Below are positions 47,332 to 59,274 of a stretch of DNA of 64,000 nucleotides, in pieces. How positions within the stretch are numbered: the first letter of the stretch is position 1; every line of letters begins with the position of its first letter. Position numbers and translations under genes: made by a program. The notes below the pieces were generated by a model. The model was not told where the DNA came from, searched no databases, and saw only the letters and a program-made list of their open reading frames with translations. Origin of the DNA: Paraphysomonas bandaiensis (Eukaryota; Protista; Chrysophyceae). Location of the stretch: assembly GCA_965644295.1 (NCBI GenBank), contig CBFFRP010000395.1, forward strand, positions 62,001 through 126,000, given 5' to 3'.

Positions 47332-50223
47332 ATGATAGAACTTAATGAAACATCTCAATTACTTCATAATCATACTTTTTTAGATAGAAATAATGACACT
47401 CTACCTACTAAACATACATACTCATATCAATCGATTCTATTATATATATTCTCTATAATCACACTCATCTTATTTATATTATGTCAATGGGGATGGCATA
47501 CAGATACCATATCAATCGAGTCTACTACACCACCAGATACTCTTCCATCTATTACTCATCCAATACAACCAAGTCTATATTGGGGAAAAGTCAGTAAACC
47601 ATATCCAACAGGAGCATTTTGGACTAATATGGTTATTGATAAAGGTGATGGAGCTGTGGCAGTGTTACCTTATGGCGTAAAGTGTGTGGATGATGGTGTC
47701 CAAGTGTCTTATGGTCCTACCAGAAGAAGTGTAACAGACAAATGGATAAGAGATACTTTTGATGTGGATTTGCAGTTGTCATCTGTCCAACCTTATTCTA
47801 ATCGAAAGGTGATATCGCATGATGACCTCTCTGTTACTATGCAATACGAGGTCGTCGGGGGATCATTTCACACACCCCTAGTTAAGGGTTCACCCTTTAT
47901 AACAGTTGTATACGAAGAATCGACTCCGGTAGTTTCGTCCACAACAATGCATATTACTAATGTAGAATCACGAGTAGTCGAAAATAGTCTGGGAATGCAC
48001 TATATTGTAACTCTTGGAAACTATCAAAAGTGGTATGTGTACTGCTCTGAGCCTAAGCCACTGGTATGGTCTGGAGACACACTTACCGCGGTCAGTGCGT
48101 TCTCCGGAGTTATTAGAGTGGCCATTCTACCACTACAGAATGTGGAGGCAGCTTTAAGTCAGCTTCTGCTGTATACTGATTCCTATCCGATTGGAGCGGA
48201 TGTAGACATGCGGTACAGTGATGATTCGAAGGCGACTCTGACATACACATTTAAAACTAAAGGATCTGGCCTTCTGCTCATGCTTGCCCTTCCGCATCAT
48301 GTAGATGTTATGACAGAAAAGGTTTCGGAATCAACCATGCGGGCGCGTGATGCTTATAGTCCTATTTGGAGCATTAAAGGGAAAATGCTGGCTATTGAAG
48401 GCAATGTCTGGCACCTGCATTATAAGCTTCTTTCGCCAGGATGGGTGTACGACTTAAAAGATCGAGTCATTAGTACAGATCAGCTCAATAGTATAGGCCA
48501 AGCACTACAGCTGGATGTACTTACCCTGCCCCCTGTTGCACCCGACCCTTATAACTTTGGAAAGGAGGTAGCCAGGTTGGCGACCCTGGCATTAATAGCG
48601 GACAATCTGGGCATAACCGATGCTCGTAAACGAGCCCTGAATACTATCGAGAACAGCTTAACCCCGTGGGTGCTCGGTAAGAACAATGATGCCCTAGTGT
48701 ATGATTCCACTTGGGGAGGGGTGGTGCCTTCAGCTGGGATCGCGGATAAGATGGCAGACTATGGGGCGGGGTGGTACAACGATCACCATTTTCACTACGG
48801 ATATATTATTCACACTGCTGCGGCACTTGCCAAGCTGGACCGTCCTTACTTCGATTTGCACAGACCAGTGTTTGACGCACTACTTAGAGATGTGTGCAAT
48901 AAAAATCGAGACGACTCAATGTACCCCTATGTCCGCCATAAAGATATGTTTGATGGGCACTCGTGGGCAAGTGGACTTTTCCAACAAGCCAATGGTAAGA
49001 GTCAGGAGAGTTCAAGCGAGGTAGGTACCGTCGTATGTAGTTTTGATGCTCACTTCTTGCAGGCCGTCAATGCGTATTACGCTGTTAAGTTGTACGCTGA
49101 TGCCACGGAAGACACTGAGCTTTCTAAATTTGCTGATTTGATGCTTTCGATGGAAATCCATTCGGTTAAGAAATACTGGCATGTTTCCAATTTTGATATA
49201 TACGACGAAGCTATTGGGAATATTCGAATGATCGGTACGCGCTGTTACAATCGTTCATCCTTTTACTCATATATTTGCAGGAAATGTTGGTGCTTTTGAC
49301 GTTACTACATCTACGGTAATCACTTAGATGATATATTTCATGTTACTAATCGATTGCTGTTAGTGGTTTGGATCCAAGGTCGAGTTTATTCACGGAATAA
49401 ATATGTATGTACTGAGTACATTTATAGCTTTAGATTTTGTTATTTATACGTTGGCTACAGTATTCCACTTTCCCCAGTGACGGAACACCTTTACAACAAG
49501 GACTACGTTGGCTTAGAATGGTCTGTCGTCGAACCCTCAGTGCCACACGATTCTTCGCCATTTACCATGGCTAAAGAATGCTCTAAAAATGATCGTATGT
49601 TTGATGTGATCTTAGCTTAAGTTAACTGACTTTTTGACAGATTGTGTTGCGCTCGGTATAACCGGAGACTGCTGTCCCACGTAAGCCTGTATACATGACT
49701 CGGCTGCTATACTGTCATTTGACTCTTCACTTTCAGGTCAGATAGTGTTGTACTAGCATGCTGCGATGGAGCGCCTGGAGTGGAGTCTGAGGCTAGGATG
49801 AATGGGGAATGGGCGGCGCTGTTATATGCTGTTCATGCTGGTAGGTCTGAATAAAGTAGAATGATGAGGTAGATTGTAATTTATATATGTTCAGTCATTG
49901 ATCCAGATTCTGCTTGGAATGAAATGATGTCGGTTAAGAATTACGGATCTGGAAATTCTCGGGCGAATAGTTTGTTTTGGGTAGCAAGTCGACCAACTGT
50001 ACAACCTACATCCATGCATAATTATTCGACAACGACAAGATGGAATCAGTCGTTCTCATTTTCGGCCTCCTGCTCTGAGAACAGTGCATGCGATGCAGCT
50101 GGTAGTGTTGTTGCCGTCGATTTAATTGCTAGTTAACATATCGTTTCAGGAATGATCGGCAAGTGTTGTCCTTCCGATAGTGGTATAAACTTGGGTTGTT
50201 GTCCAATAGAGGTTGCTGGGTAG
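47332..50223 (+). CDS. GH81 endo-1,3-beta-glucanase, N-terminal TM anchor, two Cys-rich CCP repeats, multi-exon
   Basis: PYPTGAFW; PLVKGSPFIT; LVYDSTWGG; YNDHHFHYGY; DMFDGHSWASG; SQESSSEAVNAYY. Confidence 0.93.
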
Positions 50224-50623
50224 AAAATTAAAAGGTGTTGGGGAATGTTTTGTTTTCAATTTTGGTGTGTATATTTTTGGGGTTTTGGATATAGTTATAT
50301 TTAATCACGGGTAATAAGGAGGCTATGTCGCCCCGCGCTCGAAAAAAGTCCGAATTTTATAATTTGGACCAGGGACGATACTCCTTATCTCTAGGTAAAT
50401 TATAGCTTAGCTATCCCCATGATGTTGAAAACTAGATATCTAAATTGTATGATTGTATAGCTATTTGTAGCTGACTTGCTGTAAGAAGAAATAGATATTC
50501 CCTGATTTACATTAAGCAAACAAATGCAAAATCAAAGTATTGTTTTAAATCAATCGTATTTACATGGCAAGGCAATTGTACTAGACTAACTCAAATTTCA
50601 ATAGTAGCTACAAGCTACAACTG

Positions 50624-51330
50624 ATGTACCCCTATCACAGAAGGATACTATGGGAACAGAAAACCCAAGATCGTTTACACTCTCTACGAAACGATCATCC
50701 AATTGAACCTGAAGAAGGAGAGAATTCAGTTGACGAAGATTATAAATATCGACTCGAGCAGTATCACAAACCGAAACGATATAATGATGAAGGTAATAAT
50801 TACCTATGGTCTGTCATTTCGAGCGCTATCATTGGCCAGGATGAAGAGGCCGAAGTGACAGAACTACTAAATCATTTCAAAGGAAAAACGTCAAATGACG
50901 TCATCACCGAACCGCTTGGACAGAACTACTAAATCATTTCAAAGGAAAAACGTCATCACCGAACTGATTGGTCAGTTCCAGAGTATAAAGATCAAAAATA
51001 GGTCAGTCCATCATCAATTTCCTCGACAATGTAGAAAAACTGAATAATTAGTTTATCAATTATGGTTACCGCATTAGCTATCAAGACCTAATATCACGAA
51101 TTCGACAAGGCATCGTATCAGTTAAAAATATGACATATCGCGTCCAGAACCGTCATTTCTATTAGTCCACTGGACGACCTCGGATATGAAATTATATTCA
51201 GAAACCAGTCTGTGAAGATAATCAAAGATGGTATACTGATATCGAAAGGCCAGCGAGTTGGAGGACTCTACGAAATTTCACTATCAGACCTAGATACTCA
51301 GGATACTATCCAAATGACAAATGACTGTCA
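50624..51330 (+). mobile_element. Degenerate Ty1/copia LTR-retrotransposon fragment (gag-like part plus the region between protease and integrase)
   Basis: 51143-51290 reads TVISISPLDDLGYEIIFRNQSVKIIKDGILISKGQRVGGLYEI, the copia LISV..L...GY...F..G.R..GLY motif; internal ~62-bp duplication at 50861-50965. Confidence 0.7.
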
Positions 51331-51949
51331 ACATTGTAGTTAAGATGGAAGATAGATTTTTCTCTAACTCAATATTGAAGTTGAATGTCGTAGTTGCAAA
51401 TATATGAGTGTTCTGTTGAGCCAAAAAATCATATAATCACATTTGCTTTATATTACGGAACATACGACTGATTTTAGCTGGTATATACCACAATTTGAAA
51501 CAATTCAATACAAGTACAGAACACTAGATGACATTATCATCGGTATTACGTATTCTTTAACTATGAGACAGCTAGAGTAATGATAATCCTTTATATCTCT
51601 GTATAGTGGCATTTATATGAACGACATGGAGATCAATTGACAAGATCACCGCAACAGAGTAAACAAATAGTTGAGAATGGCTATGAGCCTTAAAGAGCAA
51701 TTAGTGCTGGTTGAGAAATGAGAAGAGTTCCAGTGGAAAGAATATTGGACTTTGGTGTAGAAAGAAATGATGGTATCAAAGTTGCAGCAATGTGTGGTTA
51801 TCTGAAGGACGATCCTAAAGGGCCGCTATACAAACACTCTTGATAATAATACCCATAGTCAGAAAAAGTCGCAATTTTGAATAGAAAAACGACTGGTAGA
51901 ATACTTGACTCTTCGAAAAGCAAATTGAGTATATATCACACTTGATATT

Positions 51950-52240
51950 ACAAGAAAGATGTTTGCAGTTTTCAAAATTTTGCCAGTTGAGTCGCAATCC
52001 ACTTTTAGAGTCTCACCAGCAGTGTATGTGATGAATGTTCTCAAGAGAATATGGATAAATTGATGTTCATCTATATGATGAAACAAATAAAATGATCAAT
52101 GATGAAACTATAATGATTACTTCAAATTTCAAAGTAGAATTCATTAAGTTAATTAAAGAATAAGATATCCTCATAGAAAGAATATTTCATGCTGATCAGA
52201 CAGGATTGTTGTATATTAAGTTCTTGAATAGAGAGTGTAT
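51950..52240 (+). mobile_element. Decayed pogo/Tigger transposase relic
   Basis: FKVEFIKLIKE*DILIERIFHADQTGLLY matches IFNADETGL; upstream frameshifted NVLKR..VHLYDE; in-frame stops. Confidence 0.6.
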
Positions 52241-52892
52241 ATGATTGAGATTGAAACAATAACAAAAAAAAAACTATTGAATAATTTAATATAAAAGAAA
52301 TCTATTAGATTAAGATTAAATATTGTTTTTAATGATATATTATATACTTTAATGAACTTAAGATGTGAGTAAATGATACTGTAATAGCATATATATAGAT
52401 AGAGTGCTATATCATCACGTATGCATCTTATTTTTACGGTAATAAATTGAAGCAAATATTCTCTACATATCTGAAATACAACTACCGTTGGAATACAGAT
52501 AATTGTTGTCTCAATATTAGAGGCATCTTTGAACAAAAATATACAAAGGATGCCGATACGCATATCATGCATCATATGATGGTGCAGTTTTAAGTATTGT
52601 TCCTAATTTTAGGCTGAAAAAACTCCTATAATAGAGTTTTGATTGTAACAAATCGGCGATATTTACAGAATATAGGTATTTTTTCTACTCTATATCTGTC
52701 AGTGTACTATGTATAGATACTTACCTGTACCTACCTACTGTACCTACCTACTCTACCTACGGTACATACATAATATACATACTACACCACAATCTCAGCG
52801 CCGTTATATGTGTGTATGATGGATGTCACATATCTTGTTAGTGTTATTATTGATAACTTGAACAACCATATTAACAAGATATAGATTTACAC

Positions 52893-53286
52893 ATGTGTCG
52901 ACATGTTTTAAACTCACAGGTAATGTATTAGAAGTATGTTTATATATGTTTTATGGACTCTTTATGTATAGGTATATATACAATCGCCTTGTTGTAAGAA
53001 GTGGTTTGAATGTTCAGAGTGTCATGACGAAAATGTTGTAACACATTCATTTAAATTTGCTCCAAAATTAAGATTTGTATGCAAGAATTGTCGAAGTTGT
53101 TTCTTTCGTCATTTCAAACACTTATCTGAACGTGATAAGCTATGTCCAGTGTGTGGTAATCGATGGATACTTCCAGGTGTGACCCAAGAAAGCAAAATGT
53201 TTGAAGAAGTAAATGTACTTCTACAATCTTATATCGAAGAAATTTCAAGTACTCAAAACCCATATTTTGATTCATTTGATTTCTAG
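52893..53286 (+). CDS. Small CHY-type zinc-finger protein; exons 52893-52919 and 52972-53286
   Basis: MCRHVLNSQ|VYIQSPCCKKWFECSECHDE..H..FVCKNCRSCF..LCPVCGN; canonical 52-nt GT-AG intron; absent from the ORF track. Confidence 0.85.
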
Positions 53287-53830
53287 AACGCTGTAATATA
53301 TTCAATTCCTGTCGATACAAAGGTTTCAGCAATAGCTCTAAGCCAACTTTAATATAAATTACATTTAACAATTTTGTTTTACTGGCCATTATTTAGAATT
53401 CGACTTCTAGCTATCTATTGTACTGTAAATTGAGTCCTATATATTCATTTTTCAACTATACAAGATGTTATTCCTATAGTAACAATTGAACGTATGATCA
53501 CTTTTGCCTCCTTCATCAAGCAAACGCACCCACTAAACTACTGAAATTCTAATTGCAAGCAAAAACGATCCATGACCATAGTACTTTATGCACGGACTAT
53601 TAAAGCATATGTATTAAATTATATCCACAACAACATTATGCTCATTTCGTGTATCGATGACACTATCACAACATCACAACCGCACTGTGCTTACTTCTAT
53701 CAATCAAAGCACCCATTATACTAGCAGCACTACTTCTAACCAACTGTCTTGTTCACACCGCATCCTATATATTTATACGGTATGGACGACTCAACACCGC
53801 TAATGACTAACCCAAAAACCATATTCGTGT

Positions 53831-55573
53831 CTACGTTGGAACTGTTTGATATTCATTCGAAGTAATATCGGATGGAAAATGTATTGTTCCAGCATCGTGA
53901 ACATTCACAGCCAAATCTAACCCGTCCATTGACAGAAGTGGTGCCGTAGTATCAGTTGGTATTTGAGCATTTTCTTCAGTTATAGGAGGGAGCGCATTCA
54001 CAGTGTTGTAATTGCTTGGTGAGCCCTGGGTGCTCTCATTTTGAATAGGGCTGCAAAGCGCAGTATTGAAACAGCTATTCCATAATTCAGATGCTTCATA
54101 AAACATATCGCCGGTGAATGTAGATATTGACAAGTACACAATGTAGCCCACAATGACACCCTGGAGCACACTGTAGGTGAACGGAATGAAAAACAAAATA
54201 CAAAACGCCGGAACTGCGTCTTTCACAATTTTCCAATCCAGCCGGACAACATTCTGAAACAGCAAAACACCAACCATAATAAGGACAGGTGACGTCGCTG
54301 CACTAGGAATCGCCTCAAGAATAGGGAAAAAATATACCGACAACGCAAAACAAATTCCGCAGATTATAGAGCTGAGTCCAGTACGCGCACCAGCCTTAAT
54401 TCCCCCTGCTGACTCGGGGCTGAGAAGCATAGGAGTGCCACTCATAAGACCACTCAGGACAGTCGATATACCGCAAATGATGAATATCCATCGATTCCGA
54501 GGAGTTGTCCCATCCTCTCGGATCAACCCGGCGAGTCCAGAAAGCGACAGAACAAGTCCTGAGAGAGACAACACATACAGAAACAACAAGTCTACCGCCA
54601 GCGACATGTTGTATGCCTTCCATATACACTCTATAGATACTGGCCCGAATCCACTGAAGTCAAAGTGCGGAAGCTCTACAGCAGCAGACGGCCAGGTAGC
54701 ACTGTAGGTCCACCATATAAGGGTACAGACTCCAATCGACACACAGAATGCGCCCTTTAAGTGGTAGTGAAGAGAGATTGCAATCATAATGACTCCCGCT
54801 ACTCCCAACACAACCTCTGCATCTACTGCGCCCAATCCCACTACAGCATACGAACCAGTGGTGATCATGTCAATTTCAGTTACGCCAGCAAGAGCAGTGA
54901 GCAGACCTATACCTACCACTGTGCCAACCTGAATAGATGACGGTATCAACTGATACGCCGTCAGGTGAGCACACAGTCAAATATTTCACAATTGGCTCAC
55001 CCGTGTAAAAAATGTTCCAATCGGTCTCCATCCAAACATTATGAGAGCCACACCAGAGAGAATGATGGCTGCATTGCCGTCACTCTTGTGCAACCCAGCT
55101 TCTTCGAGATACAACGCCACGAATATCGATATTGCAGTCGGAGGTGCCACCACAAAAGGAAGATTGGTGAACAGTCCAGCCAGAATACTCCCAATTGCAG
55201 AAGCGAGTGCCTAATTGAATAGTATTACTAGTCACATATTTTAATTGCATGTCCTTTACCGCAGTGGCGAAAGTTGCGTCCGCATCATACCCAGCGGACA
55301 CCATTTTTTGTGGAATAACAGGAAGAACATACATACCTGTGCCGACAGTGTCATTTACATATAGTCGAATTCAAATTCGAGTCGCTTACATGATATAAAC
55401 TGTATAACTCCTGCATAGACTTCCATTTGAACGGTAGTGTTTCTCTCTTTTAATCGGAAGAGAACTTCTAGTAACTGATCATGCCAATCAGGTCGTTCCC
55501 AATCCCTTTGTTCAACAAACTCAGCTATTCTAGAAACTTTAGCATGTGATGCACCCTTTTTATCACTAGGCAT
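53831..55573 (-). CDS. AzgA-type xanthine/uracil/purine permease (NCS2 family), multi-exon
   Basis: FRLKERNTTVQMEVYAGVIQF; NLPFVVAP; GTVVGIGL; PESAGGIKAGARTGL; IPSAATSPVLIMVG; PAF..FFIPFTYSV.QG. Confidence 0.9.
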
Positions 55574-56097
55574 TATTATATAACTCTTCAGTTCACTGTT
55601 AGCACACAAAGTAGAAGTACTTAAGAGGGAAGATAATCAGACAATAAGCGAACTAGTGGATGACTAATTTATAAATTTTACTAGATAGTTTTGTTAATAT
55701 CTGTGAGACAAGACTATGAGCTTATCATCATATGGTAGAATATAAGGACACGAACCTCTAAATCTAACCATGGAACATACGAATTGTAATATATCTATAT
55801 GTATAGTACCTATGTACATTGCACATACATTATTGCTGTGTACATTATGTACCTATGTACAATGCCAAATATTGACACAAACAGCCAGGTACATAGCCTC
55901 CTATACACACAGCAGTATACCAGTATACATAAACTACTACACACAAACTCTCAAAATGAAAACACGTCCGCTAATGATACGAAAATTAACTCCCCAGGAT
56001 GCTATATATCTCCAACAAGAAAATTCAAAATCGATCATCCATAACATTCATTAACAAGTACTCAATACTTGCATTCTCACGTAATCTAATTGAAGAA

Positions 56098-56586
56098 ATG
56101 GATCTCGGTGGCGGTGGTAAAGGCGGCAAAGGCGGCAAAGGTGGTAAGGGTGGCAAAGGAGGTAAAGGTGGCAAAGCCCCTTCCTCTAAGAAGTCCCCAC
56201 AGTCTCGTTCTTCTAGGGCTGGTCTGCAGTTCCCTGTTGGACGTATTCACAGATTTCTCAAGCAGCGTGTGCACTCTCATCAGAGAGTAGGAGCAACTGC
56301 TGCTGTGTATACTGCAGCTATTATGGAGTATCTCACTGCTGAGGTTCTTGAGTTGGCTGGAAACGCCTGTAAGGATCTCAAGGTGAAGCGTATCACTCCC
56401 AGACACTTGCTCCTTGCGATTCGTGGAGATGAGGAGCTTGATGCTCTTATCAAGGCAACAATTGCTGGAGGAGGTGTTATCCCTCACATCCACAAGGCTC
56501 TTATTAACAAGTCTTCCTCTGCTGCTCAGAGTTCAGCACCTGTTGTGCCAAAGACAGGCGGAAAGAAGGGCGCTTCGTCGATGTAA
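56098..56586 (+). CDS. H2AZ: Histone H2A.Z with (GGK)7 N-terminal tail, intronless
   Basis: [63 protein letters not shown] is diagnostic of H2A.Z. Confidence 0.96.
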   Translation: MDLGGGGKGGKGGKGGKGGKGGKGGKAPSSKKSPQSRSSRAGLQFPVGRIHRFLKQRVHSHQRVGATAAVYTAAIMEYLTAEVLELAGNACKDLKVKRITPRHLLLAIRGDEELDALIKATIAGGGVIPHIHKALINKSSSAAQSSAPVVPKTGGKKGASSM

Positions 56587-57249
56587 ATCAACATCCTTCA
56601 TTTCAAACTGGTGTTTTTCAACACCACCATTTGGTGGAATATACTTTTCATGGAATGTTTTGTTCCTGCTATGTGTTGGATGTTCACAGAAACGCTCTGG
56701 TGCATTGTCGTTAAAACCAGTTGTGGATTTTCCTTAGTACTATAGTTGCACAGATTTTAACACAGTCAGAAAATATAATATGCTACACAGTTTTACGTTA
56801 GTGTTATATAATAATACTTGCACGATATTCTGAAATTGTTAGAAACCAAAGCCAGAAAAGATGTCGCAATAACAGTAATATTATTGATGAAATTTTTTGG
56901 CTGTCGATATATATTTTACAATATATTGTTCCATAGCCCTGGTATATAATGATGTGGAAATGAAAACATCATACTATTATATATATTGTGCTAAAGGTCG
57001 CTGACAGTATATATATTGTTGACGAACGCTGACAGTAAGATTTCATACAATTAGTTAAGATTGAAACTCAAAGCTGAAGTAACAATGCTTATCGTCGCTA
57101 ATATCTCGAAACGCACATATATAATCACTGGTATTTCGCAGTAAACACCACATGCTATTGTGCACTACTACTACGTGGTAGATTTCACCACTTTCCTTAA
57201 GAATAAACTGGAAGACACAAATGATGGTATACGTATACGCAGTTGGCGC

Positions 57250-58324
57250 TTACGGCTGAATACAGTCGTCACCGGTCTTCTCCTGAGCACAAGGTTGGTC
57301 ACTGTTTTGAGTCTCACTTGCGTGTAAACACAACGCCACATCAAGAGCGGAGACCATTTCATTTATAGTTACTTTCGAAAACAGGTGGTTGTCTCTAATC
57401 TACGTAGCATGGTAAGAGACAACAGGGTTGTGGGGTACTCCTCACCTCATCAGAAAGAATCCGCAGCTCCTCGTATTCTTGGTCCGACAGCACCCCTGTG
57501 AGAGGCAGTGGGTGCGGCAGAGTTGTGGGTGGTTTCTGGCACACTACCATTGAATGTGCGATGCTACGGCGACACTGGTCTTCGTTATCCCAGCGTGGGT
57601 TACGGATTCTGAAGGTGGATACGTTCCACTCCAACCCCTCCAATCGAAAGTATTCAACGATTTCATCAACAGTATGTAATGAAAATGTTAACAAGATCCC
57701 TCCGGGGGCAAGGACTCTATACGACTCTCGAATAAGCTGCTTGGTACATGGGACACTGAGAAAGTGCATTGCAACAATTACGGATGGAATAGTATGCACA
57801 TAATAATTCATACCTGTTCTTGTAGCAAAAGACAGTATCGATCAGTGACTTATCAATGATATTTTCAATTGTGCCACTTTTGTAACTCATATCCAATGCA
57901 TCCATTACTTTCCATTCCATATCTGGAAACTTCTTCTGCATTTGAGCAACGACAACTGCACAAAACATTCATGACAAAATAATCCTACTCATCGCTATCG
58001 TTACCATCAGATAGATCGATGTTGGTAATCTTCTTAAATCCATCGTTATACCTATACATGGTTTCATACACATTACAGAATATAACATCATAGCACTTAC
58101 ATGTCTTGACTAAAAGTTGCATTCCCACTTCCAATCATCAGAATGGAATTGGAAGGTTTGAATATCTGGGAAATGACGTTTGCGACATCCTTATACTCAA
58201 ACAACCAATCAAAGGTTTCTGTATACTCCTGAGCATAGCGGTTGTTCCAATATCTGATATAAATGAGTATAATGACAATGGAATGATATGCAATGCCTCA
58301 CCCCACATCTCCATAGTCTGGCAT
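57250..58324 (-). CDS. Class I SAM-dependent methyltransferase, EEF1AKMT4/METTL13-N-like, about 6 exons
   Basis: MPDYGDV|YWNNRY..FDWL..ILMIGSGNATFS..|Y.DGFKKITNIDLS..VMDALDM..IIDKSLIDT..YRVLAPGG. Confidence 0.88.
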
Positions 58325-59274
58325 TGTTTGCAAGTCAATTGGTAATAGAATGTATCAAGTGTACACGGCTTGTCAAGAATCAATCTTATGCATTGTATAG
58401 CTGGAGATATGCTATTTTCAACTCTCGAATTTAAAATTGCTTTGATGTTCATCATTGACGATGATGCTCCATAAGTAACTGTTGTGATTGTTCTCGAAGA
58501 AATCTGAACCGGAGGAATGAACGTATAAATGGTATACAGCTGCAGGACAATCTCCATACATATACAATATATGTATGGTGCATGTACTACAGCAGAAGTA
58601 TGTACTTTTTACACAGCTGTCCTATATGAAAAAATCCAGACTTTCTGTACATAATACGGGAAACCGAGGATAAATGTATTTAAAATGCTAGAAAGTCAAG
58701 AAATTAAGAGCTAGAATATTGTTATGTTGAATATACAGAGTAGCATGCACTACGTACAGTACCACACATTGACTGCTCTTCGTGCGTACTCCGCATGTAC
58801 TGCTCTACAGTAGGTAAAAGTATGTCTTGGAAATTCGAAAAAATGGTCTTTTATTGTTAATTTCCAATATTTTTGTAGTAAAAATCTGTATATTTAAAAT
58901 ACTATTTTCCGACTTTTGTGGCAAAATGATGTCCTATAATATATGGAGTACTCTACAGCAGTACCATGGAGTATACAAAGTACGTAATTTTCATATGCTA
59001 CAATATACTCTCATGCCTCAAAAACAGGATAGATAATGACTGTATCATCTCACCATACTATACATACATATATATATATATGCTCATCATGATCTAGTTA
59101 TCTATACCCTTCTTGTAATATTAAGATCCCTAATAAGTGTATTATCATAGGGATAAACTATTAGTATAGATTTCTTATTTCAATTTGATTAATTTTATTC
59201 ATGTTTTAAGTTTTATATTGTATTAAATATCTATTAGTTTTAATACAAGGAATAGAACATAACAACATACCACT

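Noticed and set aside
52717-52727. Exact U1 5' sequence ATACTTACCTG
   Set aside because: Followed by simple TACC repeats with no stem-loops or Sm site
55999-56097. Longer H2A.Z N-terminus from the upstream ATG
   Set aside because: AT-rich UTR-like sequence; ATG 56098 fits the histone tail
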